Assembly: GCF_964204645.1 (NCBI RefSeq)
Contig: NC_134027.1
Span: 24,638,560 to 24,702,559 of the forward strand
Reading direction: 5' to 3'
Length of the DNA stretch: 64,000 nucleotides
From: Tubulanus polymorphus
Lineage: Eukaryota; Animalia; Nemertea
A program made the translations under genes and the position numbers. The stretch's first letter is position 1; each line of letters starts with the position of its first letter. The notes below the pieces were generated by a model that saw only the letters and a program-made list of their open reading frames with translations, searched no databases and had not been told where the DNA came from. Positions 37,804 to 50,869 of the stretch are shown here, piece after piece.

Positions 37804-40384
37804 CTAGGAAAGCGTCTCGCCTTTTGTCACCTAGAATAGATAAACAGCAAATTGATTACAAGAGGAAAGCATCGACTGTAAGTTCAGTGGAACCTAGTTA
37901 CAGCGAACTTCAATGGACCACAAAATCTGTTCGTTATAACCGATTCACTGTTGGTAATCTAAGTACTGAAAGTTATCAAATCTTTTTCACTTGGGACGAA
38001 ATTTCACTGTACTATTAGAAGACGTACAAAATATGTTTTTTTTTTCAACTCCATTTTACATTTGGGCGTAGAAAATTCCCTTCAAATCAGCCAAATTTCC
38101 ACTTTTCAATCTTATCTTTTTAAGTATTTTGCAAGTAGGGAAACCCCCTCCCCTTAGTTTCGAGTTCAACTCCGAATTACACTATTCAGTTGAAACTAAA
38201 CATACCCGAGCTTCAATGTACTCAATTCTTCTTTCTAACGACGTCAGTTTTTCGTTTAACATCGCTAATCTCGATCTGCACGACATATCTACAAAATAAC
38301 AACTTAATGTTACAGCTATCCATCAACAGATAACCTGCGGGTAACAACGATACAGTTGTCAGTGCCAATCTGCAGCCTGGGCACAGCACACCCTGGGCCC
38401 TGCACCTTTAAACCCTTACATGTTACGTGCTAAATGACAATTCTTGATATTTTTGATAGTCCACATTTCACATGTAGGCCTATATTTGTTTAAGGAAATC
38501 TGCCCGATCTGCTGTGACAAACAGAAACTAGTAGGCCTATAGGGTAGGTATAGTCAGTTACCTGACTGTGGTTTAGTTTCACGATCGGATATTTTCACAA
38601 ACCACAAGTGGTATAAGCCCATCCGATTACTAAAAGCTTACCACCAACGATTAGGTAACTAACTATGGTAGGTGGTTAGTAGTAAGCACAGGGACTTGTC
38701 ACGACTGATAATGGATGAGACCAATGATGGGGGTACCAGTATCCCTGCAACTGTATAATAAAATAACAAGGGTGGCAACAAATTTTCAATCTGACAATGA
38801 CTTCTCCACTTCAATCGACTGTAATTCCAAAAATTCTCAACCGATTCACATGAAATAAGCTTTAATACAACCTAGAAGACTTTCTGTTTCGAACGAGCCT
38901 ACAACCACCACTCTCCGACAATTATCTCACAACGAAATCACCTTTTTTTGACGAGAGATAGCTCAAAATGGAGGTGTACCGATTCTATGGTGGACAGCAA
39001 AATGGTCGTTTTTTTCAATTCAAACGATGATTTCTATGTGAGATCTTAGAGATAACCCCAACAAACCATACATTTTTTTAAACTACGCGGTCATACCTGT
39101 ACGCTAATCTCATTTATTTGTATAATCCACGCGATGGGTGAGCTCACAAGCTCAAAATCGAAAATGAGGACGAACACGGCGTTCAACTTGTCATCAACTG
39201 GGCGGCCATTAATCACGTGATATCGTAGTAACAAGCTAAATATTTCACGCGCATTGATTGGCTTAGAGATTTCGAAAAACATTACAAAATTTATTAAAAG
39301 TTCTGTTAATTAATAAAATATCCGTATTATGAAAATATAGTGCAACATTCGTCTGAGGGGTGGTATTATTAGCAAATATTTCCTTTTTTCAAGTCTACAG
39401 ACGTAGACTTGTCGCGGTTCTATTAACATAGCCCGAACCTGCACGTCACGTGATTAATGGCCGCCAGCGCGATAGTGCGAGGTGACTTTTTCATATATTT
39501 GTTCGATTTTGAGCTTGTGAGCTCACCCATCGCGTGGATTATACAAATAAATGAGATAAGCGTACAGGTATGACCGCGTAGTTTAAAAAAATGTATGGTT
39601 TGTTGGGGTTATCTCTAAGATTTCACATAGAAATCATCGTTTGAAGTGAAAAATACGACCATTTTGCTGTCCACCATAGAATCGGTACACCTCCAATTTG
39701 AGCTATCTCTCGTCAAAAAACGGTGATTTCGTTGTGAGATAATTGTCCTAGAATGGTGGTGAAAGGCTCGTTGGAAGCAGAAAGTCTTCTAGGTTGTATT
39801 AAAGCTTATTTCATGTGAATCGGTTGAGAATTTTTGGAATTACAGTCGATTGAAGTGGAGAAGTCATTGTCAGATTGAAAATTTGTTGCCACCCTTGTTT
39901 TTTATATTATACAGGGATAGTGGTCCTGGTTATTGATATTGGTTTTATTCATTCACTATCAATTGTGACAAGTCCCTGTGGTAGTAAGTAAGTGATTGAG
40001 ATCAGCAGAATAGCTTTTAACAAATAGGTTAGAATGCAAGAATCTACTCTAGTCACACTCGGCTCGTATTTGAAGTTTAGGGGTGAACTGGAGCTTAGAA
40101 TAGATCATCCAGTATCCCAGCCCCAGTGATATTGGTGTGAGGTGTAAGCGATTTAAACCCAGACTACTACACTTGTCACAACAACGTCAACGAAGGAAAT
40201 GTCACCTCGAAAATAACGATTATCCGTTTAGTTCGAATATTCAAAACTTACCAAACGAGTTCAAAAAGTCAGCAATCCGTTTGATGTTACAAGTGATCAT
40301 CTCTATTTGTTCTCTGTTGTCCCAATCTTGACGTATTTGTCGTTGAATATGACTACTCCCTCCAGTACTCATAGGCGCCGCCAT
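37804..40384 (-). CDS. BRK1: BRICK1/HSPC300, WAVE complex subunit (80 aa, 3 exons)
   Basis: Exons 40384-40252, 38288-38206, 37830-37804; [62 protein letters not shown]. Confidence 0.96.
38551..38665. mobile_element. ~120-bp Mutator-like MITE, copy 2
   Basis: Reverse-complement homolog of 8549-8669; imperfect 9-bp TSD gggtaggta / tggtaggtg. Confidence 0.7.
38687..39980. mobile_element. 1.3-kb foldback DNA transposon (P- or hAT-like, non-autonomous)
   Basis: cacagggacttgtcac / gtgacaagtccctgtg termini, 8-bp TSD gtagtaag (38679-38686, 39981-39988), inverted arms of about 500 bp. Confidence 0.88.
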
Positions 40385-40430
40385 TTTGTTTAGTGCTGGC
40401 TCATCGTGCGGATGACTCCGAAGGCTATTC

Positions 40431-40620
40431 ATACGGAACCGGGAATTCCTCCGAAGGCGGTCGGTCGGGCACTCAAACTCAATACGGTGGGAAATAGATA
40501 TATTCTTTTTTCGTTCGAGCGAAATAATCTTTTCGTTCGAACGAAATGATTTTGTTCGAACGCGGAAAAAGATTTCGTTCGAGCGAAAATTTTCTCACCG
40601 GCCCCTCCGGGGCTCCGTAT
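40431..40620. mobile_element. MITE immediately upstream of BRK1
   Basis: TIR atacggaaccgg / ccggggctccgtat, attc on both flanks, internal ttcgttcga repeats. Confidence 0.6.
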
Positions 40621-41210
40621 ATTCTAGTTGGGTTTTACCAACATAAAAAAATATTGTGATTGTTTATTATAGTCTTTGATTTAAAAAAAAAGTAAAATAC
40701 TACCTCGTTGCGAATTTGATTCCGAATCATCAGGTGCGAGGGAAAATTATCACTAAGTCTTCTGTTTCATATATTTGTTATTCTTTACATGAAAAAATTA
40801 TTACCGGTATTTGTGATTGCATAATTGGAAAGTAATACAATTTTCTAAGGTGTGCTCTGTAAACTGTAGCTGAGGAATCATTTCAGCACCGGCCCTGGGC
40901 GTGGAAGGCGATTCCTTTATCATTTCTTTTTTCTTTGATGGACACTAACTAGATGGTGCAATTATCTAGACACCGTACTGTATTTCATTTGTTATAAAAG
41001 CATGTGAACCCTAAAATGGTATTCTAATCTTATTGTTATTGTAGGAACCACGTCCGCCAAGTGTTATCCGTACGGACATTCGGTTTGCGAGGTCCATCAC
41101 TATAGAATTTTATTTTCGTAAGAAATGAAACATATAAAACTTACATGTCAATAATCATACAACACATATATAATTTATCTATACACGCGCGCTGTAAGAT
41201 TCCACTTAAA

Positions 41211-42536
41211 TCATTCGAACTGAAAACTGAGACCAGTTCCAGCCAAACGATCCTCGTGAATTTTGTCGATGATTCCACATTGCTCGTCTGTAAAATAGTT
41301 TTTCCAGTCTCCGATTTTGCCTTTTCGAATAAAAGGGAAGATACTATTGTCCTGATACGGTGAGTGGCTGTGATTAGTCATCGGATTGTCTCTCATACTT
41401 TCGAAACTCGTCTGTTCAATGATATTATCGATTTTATCGACAGACAGAGTTTTACCGAGGAAGGCGCAGATTTTCAGGATGTTTGATTTCTGGTCGGTGA
41501 CCATATCCTCGTATTTCAGGAATAGAATGTTATCGCGATGTCGCTGGTTCCACCAACCCAGAACGTGGTCGTAGAAATCTCCGCAGAATATTTTCTTATG
41601 CAAGAAAAGTTGGAAGAAATCATCCCACGAACCTGAAAATGAATAGAATTTAGTTTTATACAGCGTTTAGGCCATAATTCTGGGACCAGCTGCTCAAAAC
41701 TGGTTACGTAACTCTAACCAGTGGATGACATGGCAGCATTTATCCGCCAGTTATCTTTAACCAACTTTTAAGCACTGACCCCAGCTGTTTATCAGCAAAA
41801 TGGCTGCGTCTAGGCCCCCTACCTGGAAAATTACCAAAGCCTTTACACGACTTGTAAAAGTGATAATACGAAACTAAAGTATCTTTCGGATTTCTCATGA
41901 CGTAGATAATCTTAGCCTTTCTCTCGATCGCCTCTTTCGGGAACATGTCAAACGGCATATGGCTGTGCATAATGCGGGGTCTAGGTATTTCCTCGGCTAA
42001 TTGAAACCAATCGGGGCAGTCGATGAAAGGGCATCTTTCGAAGAGTGGTTTTTGTCTGGCGACTTCATCGTTTCCATAAATCAAAGACACTGTTTCTTTC
42101 GTTAAATTGGTCCCTGTAAAACATAACCGGATTTGCTAGCCAGATTCGGAAGTTCTTCACTTGACTTTATCATGATACATGTATGTAACAATAAAGAAAA
42201 CCTTACAATCTATTTCAGGTTTGAAACACGAAATTTTGTAACTTCTGCCTATCCTAAGAGTTTGCTTATGGTTTCACCTTCATTCTCGATTTTCAACACA
42301 GCTTCTCACGTTGAAATACTGGATGAAAAGTGAAGTTAAAACTCACCAGTTTTCGGATAGCTGGCCACAAAACAATCGTCATCGAAAACTTTGCAATTGC
42401 GAACTTTGTCGAGAATTTCAGGAGGCGCGAAATGCCCACCGATAAATCCGTGTTCGACGATCTCGAATTGGTCAGGAATCTGCCACAGAGTCGAGGACTG
42501 CTTTCCATCCGCGGTATCGATACAGTTAGTTGACAT
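41211..42536 (-). CDS. Cytosolic sulfotransferase, SULT1-like (300 aa, 3 exons)
   Basis: Exons 42536-42347, 42113-41823, 41632-41211 (903 nt). 5'-PSB SYPKTGT, 3'-PB RNPKDTLVSYYHF, LKYEDM, RKGKIGDWKNYFT. Confidence 0.93.
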
Positions 42537-42829
42537 AACGATGAACCTAAAGCGAAACAGTCTAAATGTCTAAATGACTAAATGTATATGTATATATTGT
42601 GTCACGCACAGCTTGGTGTTTTCATAATAACATAGGTTATTACACACGATTTCTAAAGATCCGAACAGTCGCAATCCGTGGTCGCAATAATATATACATT
42701 ATCGTGTAAGTTAGAAGAAAAGAACAGGTTCAAAGTTTTATGATCCAATTTGAATCGATTATTCCTGTGCGTGAACGCGTCATTTTACAAACGACAACCG
42801 TAAATCGATGTACAAAGTCACAGGTCTAT

Positions 42830-43164
42830 AGCCCAACGCACACGGCACCGAAAAAACGTTTTCGTGGAAAAAAAAACGTTTTCGATGTTTTTTGCTATGC
42901 CGTGTGCGTTGGAGGCAAAACACTAAACGCCGAACTGAAAAACGTTTTCTGCTCGCGAAAAACGTTTTTCACGAGCGAAAAACGTTTTTCGCGAAACAAG
43001 CACTGCTTGATTTGCGAAAAACGTTTTGTGTAGTCGAAAACGTTTTTCGTCCCGTGTGCGTTGAACGTTTTATCGTTTGCGGGCAAAACGTTTTACGAAA
43101 AACGTTTTGTGAAAACGTGTTTTCTGTTTCGGCGAAACAAATGTTTTGCCGTGTGCGTTGGGCT
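42830..43164. mobile_element. PIF/Harbinger-like MITE with AAAACGTTTT subrepeats
   Basis: TIR agcccaacgcacacggca / tgccgtgtgcgttgggct; 3-bp TSD tat. Confidence 0.82.
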
Positions 43165-43679
43165 TATATGTGTACACATACAAGCTATTTGGCAAAATAT
43201 TATTGGCAAAGATGTAGAATGTCTTCCTGTGATTATAATTATATAATGAGCTCTATTTGAACGTCGAAATGTTATATTGTATTGAGTATCACTAGAAGAC
43301 GTATTGTTATATTAATGGATGTATGATTATATCAGAAGCGGCAGGCATAAATCGAAATGAGTAAATCGCAAGTTGTGCATTACCCAAATTGCAAGTAAAT
43401 CGGATTATTCGGTCATAATGGCGGATGTATGTACACACGATTTGGAAGTCTGGTGGAATGACGAAGCTATCTACGATCTGTGTAGGGCCGGCGTGAATTT
43501 CATCGGCGGCTACAAGCGGTCAATATAAAGAATAAACATATTATAATTTCAATATTCAAATGTTTTAGAAAATATGTCCGATATTAGGGGTATGCGGGTT
43601 TCATGAGATTAGCAATTTATAATAGCATAGCTGTCATATACGGCTCCGCGTCCTCGGATGGCAAGTGTATTAGGTGACA

Positions 43680-44010
43680 ACTCAATTCTTTATTGATCCA
43701 TAAAATTCCCAAATTCAATTAAGTTACAAATTTTACAATAAGAAAATACAACATACAAAACACATGCGTAATTCATACAGAATAACATAAACAAGTTATT
43801 TTAAATGACATTAAGTGGACATCGAGTGGCAGCAAAACCGACCGGGCTAGGCCACACGAAATGCTCCAGTCATGATGGGCAGACATCAGGCGAACTGCTT
43901 TCCTCAACCATGGAGCGGCAATGGAGTTGTAGACCAGCTTAGAGGCAAAAGTGAATGAAGTCGGTCGCAAGTTATCAAATATTGACAATTTTCAGTAAAA
44001 TAGATTAACC
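43680..44010 (-). mobile_element. Possible 5'-truncated LINE (L2/CR1-like) 3' fragment
   Basis: Minus-strand SFTFASKLVYNSI resembles the SF.Y.G.KLWN.LP end of CR1/L2 ORF2, followed by an aataaagaattga tail; degenerate. Confidence 0.35.
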
Positions 44011-46544
44011 CACTACTCAAGTCGAAGACCTAGGCTCGTATCACCTACCCAATCGCCAAATCTCATAATTCCTCAAATTTCTTAAAACTTCAATTTCAAA
44101 TTTGCAATTCCACATTAGCTTATCCCAAAAATTCTACATTTTTTTTCGCAGGCGTCAAATAATTTATTAGAATTAATTTTCTTGTTTATAATAATACAAC
44201 ACAATATTAGATTTGTACTTTTGTATATACAGAAAAGAATTATCCATTTGTATCGCAATATCAAATGCGTTCGCCAGAAACAGGTGATGACTTCCAACAG
44301 AACTGTTTTGAGACGAATTCTGGGCCCCAGGGAATCAATATATCACGAGGGAGATAGGGACGGGAATTTTTCACACTAAAGGTACAAGAAAGGTGCTAAA
44401 TAAATGCACGTCCACGAAACGACTATTAGATTCTCTGACTCGGATTAACACAACGCTAAAAAATTGATACCTTTCATCCTTCCTGCTGAACTGTGTACAT
44501 TACTTTCTAAAATCATGATCAAGTTAATTATAACATACCCGGCAGCTAAAGAAATTAACCGATTACAAATTTCCTTGCGGTTTCTAAATTGACCTGGCCG
44601 ATTAGGAGAAAATTAAGGTTCATTTTCAACCTAACGCCTAACAGGCTTCTCGCGTAAGAATCTAATATAATAGCGACAGTGAGTTTTAATAACGGGGAGA
44701 CCTCGGCGTGACGGATAATCATTAATCAGTTTTGAAATCGATCCTGAATGACAATTAACGCTTGTTTCATATGCATGTGTCGTATAGCCGCGCGGGTGCG
44801 GGCGGCGGCGGCGCGCCCTGTGATTTCACACCCGTATCCACTGTCGCGCACTCTCTGCGTGTGACAGTAACCAGTAGCAACCGATTTACAGCGACTTACA
44901 CCACTGCTCCATCCGCCTCTCCTCAACTGAAAGGTACTAACTCACGTCTCTATAAGTGTAAGTGTTTATACGTCTCTGATATCGAAATGGATTCGTCTTC
45001 GTACCGTTTGTTACAGGTGGGATTTCTAAATTCGTTGTTGTCGCGCACGTTAGTTCAGAGGCTGGGGGCCAACGCGAGGGTGCTAACGTATTGTGTTCGG
45101 GTTGGAAAATCGTACGTTCTTAATTAAAACCACTTCTTAAATAAACATCTCTGTGCAAAAATACGCGAGTGCCGCTAATCAACAAGACGCTTATGTAAAT
45201 TATTCGCAAGATTTTCCGATTTTCAACATGTGGGAGAGTAGCCGATTTCTTAAATGAAAAGCCCCGTATTTACTGGACTGTGCATCTTTCTTCACTCTGT
45301 ATCTTTTCTTTTTACATTCATTCATTTATTTTTCTATCCATGTTTCGTTTCGAAACAAAAGACGGAAATGATTAACATACGTAGAACGTATCTTAATAAT
45401 CGAATGATTTTTATAGTAGAAACTACTTGTAGTGCACTTCAATAAATCCAATAGATAATCAATTACATTTATGATCAAAAGATCCACGATTTATCAATAT
45501 TCATTTCATGCAACTTTCTGACTAAATGTGCACGATTTCAATGTTTACGTAAATCCGTTATGGGGCAATCCCACGTACCGGAAGTGTCTGTCAGATTATT
45601 GACTTTTCTTTTGTTTATCTAGAAATAAGGAATTTTCCCAGTTATTTATTTGATCGATTTGATTTTGTTTGATTTGATGTCCCTTACAAACCAAACACAC
45701 GTCTACCGGGAACGAGACGGGGCCGGGTTTGATTTTAAAACCGAAGTGGACAGTTTGATGGGACTCGTTATAGTTACATCGCGTTTCCCCGAGAAGCTTT
45801 TTCATCAGATATACAATTTCTGCGTCTATTTCATTTAGTTTTAAATAATGTTTACAACGATTGTGACCTTGAGATAAGAAAAATAACGAACCGCGATATT
45901 TCACAATTTTTAAAAGTATAACCGTCATGAAATAACCGGTAATAATCACGTTTGTGTTCGAATCCCATATTTTATTTTACCTAATATGGAATTTCGTCGC
46001 AATTAAAAGATAGTTTGAGGGAAAGTCTTCTCTAGTAGTTTGAAATACGCTTCGATCAACGACTACGATATAATCAATTACATATGCGTATGTATAGACC
46101 CGTGCGATCGCTGCAGTAAGGCTGATCTTCGTTTCGCGAATAATGAACGGTCGTATAATTGAAAAGCAATCTATATCCATGGAAATATGTTTCCGGAAGA
46201 AGTAATCGCAGCAAAAGATATCGCTACAGAATTCTAAATCAATCTCGATAGACTACGAGAGTATAAAAACGACCTCCAGCGAATGAGTACCGGAATTCTG
46301 TATAGCAAGTGTAAGACACTGTATGGTATCAGTCCGTTTCATCAATCACCCCATATAATCGCGTACTCTTCCCTTTAGATAGAATAGCGACATTAGTAAT
46401 TATAAATCCTTCAAGAAATTATTAATCTGATAACATATGTTTCATCAGTATTGTTTGATTTCTACTGTTAGATTTTCATACCCGCCCGAACAGTGAACAT
46501 GAATCTCCATCGTCATCTTCATTCTTATCGTTTGCCTCCTCTAG

Positions 46545-46666
46545 ATTTCTACTTAACGGTAGTTTACGTCGTCGCCTGCTGCCTTCTGGTGATGTACATC
46601 GTGGTGAAGCGATCTTTACTAGGACCCGGGCCTAGCAAGGTGGACTTCCACAGGACTGGATTCTGA
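46545..46666 (+). CDS. Coding exon of a putative single-pass membrane micropeptide (start exon uncertain)
   Basis: Strong polypyrimidine acceptor ending 46544; phase-1 reading (Y)FYLTVVYVVACCLLVMYIVVKRSLLGPGPSKVDFHRTGF*; donor after 46723. Confidence 0.5.
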
Positions 46667-47456
46667 TGCAGTGCGGCTGTTCGGTGTTTGCAGACGATAA
46701 TACATATCAAACAACTGTTGCAGGTATAAAGCAAATTGCAAGGGCGGATATAAAGAAATTGGGGCTGGGTTTAAATGGAAGGAGATTTCTTGCATAGATC
46801 TTGGAGTAACTTGGAGGTCTGATTACTTCAAGCATAGATGAAGCGGTCCCGCCATCGGCCGCAGGCGGGGTCTGATCATCGAAGGTAAGCCCAACGCGCA
46901 CGACGTCGGGATATGCGAAAACAGGAAACGCCGACAGAAACATTGTTTCCGAGTGTTTCGCTGTGTCGCGTGCGTTTACCAGAAACGAGAAGCATGGTTT
47001 CGGAAACAACTTTTCCGAGATCAAATTGTTTGCTTCCGTCTTTCCCTGTGTCGTGCGTGTTGAGCTTGAGGAGAACGCCATGCGTTTAAAGATCCAGTAT
47101 CAAAGCCTTCATCGTGATATTATGATAGAGCATTTTCGATATGAGTATCCTGTTGATTTGAATTAATACTCGCATGATATGCGCCCGATCTATTTTTGGA
47201 AATTTTGCATGCTTTTTAATGATACTCTTATACTTCGAACGGATTCAGTTTATCTACAGCCGAGGAAATACTCGTTGAGAAGCGGTCGACTTTTTGGAAC
47301 GCCGCAGATACAACGCCTTTTCGATAAATCATCTTCAATTCTAATTTCGTATCTGAACTATATTTACAGGGAATGAATGAAATGATATCATATAGGAAAT
47401 AGAAGTTTAGACATTGTAACTGAGGTGTTGTTTTTAGAAACGATGGATTTAAGAAC

Positions 47457-48767
47457 ATGGCCGTGTCAAAGTGGGTAAAAAGTGTGTGGAATACGTCATC
47501 ATCAGAAACCGGTTACAGAACGGGAAACAAACCGGAACCGTTAATGGTCGCCGAATCACTGCTAACTGAATTAGACTTTCAAATCAGGTACGAATTGAAG
47601 GAAACGCGACTGATGGCATTTTCTGCGAACAGCTTGTATAATTACTATTCCTTCGCAGCAGCAGTGATCATTTCTGTGCAGACGGCGTGTATATCAATTA
47701 CGCATGACGTCATCGTTTGACTTAAGGCTGGTTTTCACGAGCGGTTTCCGGCTATACGTGAAAACGATTTCAGCGGCACGCATTTTCACGAAGCTGCTTC
47801 CAGCCAGCTTTTTCTTGCGGCTTTTTCCAGCTACGTGAAAACCAGTATAGCTAAAAATAACTAATAGAAAGGGGTTACAAATAACCAATTTTGAGTGGGA
47901 GATATAACAATGAAAGACATATTATGATGATAACTTGGAGATTCTTGCCATGAATGTTGCATGTTGTGCATTCTGGTCTGCATACAACCCTCATTATTTC
48001 CCCTCATAGATCCGTCCCTATAAGAGCCCTATAAACAACATGAGTTGAAGGTTTCTGTAGCTTTCTTACATGAGGGGAAGGGTGCCCATTGAGTCTGATG
48101 AAATGGCCCATTTTAGGGGTGCCCCTCCTTGAATGAGTAGCTCTGTCCCTGCAAAGCTAGGTTCCAATGACAAAAGTTGTAGAAAGATATATATAATGTA
48201 CATCAAACGCCCATCAAAAGTAAAACTGTGAAAGCGGTCAAGAGTTTAAACATTGATTTCTATTTTAATCTTTGAAGGGATTTGGAAAAATTATCCGCAG
48301 AACGGGAGCAAGAAACTCGGCGCAGACAAACCGGGGTCGACTACTCGTGGCTGATGACTCGGTGCCCGGCGAAATCTTACCAGGTTCCGCAACTGGAGAG
48401 GTTGGGCCTAGAGGAGCTGTGTTACAAGGTAAAACCGTGCGAATGCGGGCCGATCATCGAAGAGTTCCGTAGGTGTTTAGAATCGCCGCGCAACCCGACG
48501 GAAATGCCTCACCTGTTGCGCACCGTTATACACAAACAGTTAGACCAGCGCCCGAAACCGGAGACGCTGCTCGGAAACTGGGTGAAACGGACGACCAGTT
48601 TAACGAATTTGAGATCGAGGAAACGCACGAAGATCTCGCCGGTTTACGACGACGACGACGAAATCGACGAACTCGAAATGCAGACCAGCGAGTCGGATAG
48701 TTCTTCGTCGTTCAATAAAAGTCTTCCGATATTCACAGTGCAACACGAAATACAATCAGACGTTTAG
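47457..48767 (+). CDS. RD3: RD3-like protein (206 aa, 2 coding exons)
   Basis: Exons 47457-47587 and 48278-48767; ESLLTEL, TGVDYSWL, ERLGLEELCYKVKPCECGPII..FR match the RD3 family. Confidence 0.88.
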
Positions 48768-50869
48768 AAATATCGGTGAAATGTAATAGGGTTTTTTCCT
48801 TTGAAATTACGAATCAACTCAGTCGGCGCCCAGTTCGGTTCTACAATATTGTGAGTTCTGAATTCGAGTCCAAAATCGAACTATGTTGTAGAGGGCCGTA
48901 CCTATAGCATTCGATTATTCGAGAAACCTGAAAAAGGGCAGTTCTTTTGGATGTAGAAATGCAAAAAGGACACTTTTCCAAAACTGCCACCTACGCCCCA
49001 GCTATGTACGGCCCTGGCTACACGTTCTGACGACAAATCCTAAAATGTGCGGTCGTAGTTTTTAGCGCTCAAACTTAAGATTGGTTTTCGGATAAAATGG
49101 CTTTTTTGCCTTGTCTAAATCAAAGGATCTCGTGAGGGTTTCGCTGATCGGTGAATTATATAGAAAAACCACACGTTGCTATATTTGTACGAAGTTGTTC
49201 ACTGCGACCAGCTTTTCATTTACAGACTCGCTATTAAAAGTTTCTTCAAGGGATTGTTTTAGCAATTATAAATACGCGCGCGTTACTGAGAATGAGCCTT
49301 ATTTCTATTGGAAAGCGCTTAAAATGTTCCTCATTAAGCGGCTCGCATCGTAGCCGAAATCGCGCCAGAAGGGAGCGATATTCTGAGAAAAATTCAATTC
49401 AAATCAATAATCCCTTTATTGTACAAGATACACCGTTCGGGTCGAGATGTTCGGAGTGACAGAATAGTATTTACAAACCATAAACATTTTACATTAATAT
49501 AATGATAAGTATAGAACAAAAGCAGTTTCTTGTCAGCTACCAGAGTTTAAAATTTCAAAACCTTAACAGATGTATTCCATGACATGCAAACAAACGGCAG
49601 TATTTTCAAGTATAAGGCGATGCTCAATTGATATTCTGTATCAATATTCTCTGTATTATTCACGTTGCTTTCCTCATCAATGTACATATCCTTTGCCCGC
49701 CATCTACAAATTGTGCGCGATTAATACATATATATATATATATATATTTGTTCACTTTAAAACGTTGTAAATTACTTTAAAAGCATTTTTAACAGCACAA
49801 GAATTTCATTTTATAAATACATTTTATGTTAAGCATAACGATGCATTATATAGATAGATTGGTGGCTTCATGAAAAGAAAAAAATGGGGTAGGGCCGGGT
49901 GATCGCTGAATGTGTAGAACTGACGCTTGCGTCATGCAAGCGCTTCCTTTTGTTGATTTCTCGCGGGGAATCGTGACGTCATAGTTTGTCTGTCAACCAG
50001 TTTCGTCCGGAAACTGAACTGAAACAACAAAAGATAATCATGGGATTTAGAACCCCGAGGGGGTCGAGGGAACTAATGATGCTAATGATGCTAATCACTT
50101 ACCGGTATATATATAGATAGTGTTTGACACAGAGTCATAGTTTGACCAACAATACGGGGCGTAAAGTCACGTGGCTGCAAGACCTTTATATATCATGTTC
50201 AAATCCAAAATGATATCCAACCTTACGCCCGGCAGTTCCTGCTGGTTTGACCCATTTGGGTACAGTCAATATAGATCGCAGAGGTTGCGCCTGGTGTAGG
50301 GAGGTGGGTGCCAATAATTTCAGTCTCTTAGTAAATCAACCTTTCGATGCCCAATGTTCGATGAAGCTTGCACCCCCCTACAATATCTCTACCCATAATG
50401 CCAAAATGAGGCACGTCCCATGAAGACTATGGTCAATATTTAATTGGTCAAATTTTGGGTCGTGTCGGGTTTAAAATAATCGAAAATTCGCAGAAACAAA
50501 CGAGAAAAACAATATCAGCGACGAAACTTATTTGTATTCAAAATTTTCAGTTGGAATTTTCTTCTAAATATATATTGCGTACTGTGTTTTAATGTATATC
50601 GTTGATTTTTATGTGTTAGAAATACAAATTTCAAATTCTCAGTAACCGTTATTATTAACCGTTATCGTTGTCAACTTCGCGCCGTTGCAGATTCTTACTC
50701 ATCGGTGTAATGACTATCAACAAAATTCAATGTATATTTATTCATATAGAGATAGATATATTTTTGTTAGATGATTTGCCCAAGAGATTCTCAATAAATT
50801 GTATATCAATGTTTCCTCTAATGTACATTCATTTCGATTATTTCGACGAAAGGATCTACTATGTCAACG

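Noticed and set aside
32976-40384. PXK (WH2) and BRK1 (WAVE complex) as a functional actin cluster
   Set aside because: Adjacency of two genes in convergent orientation is not evidence of co-regulation without synteny data.
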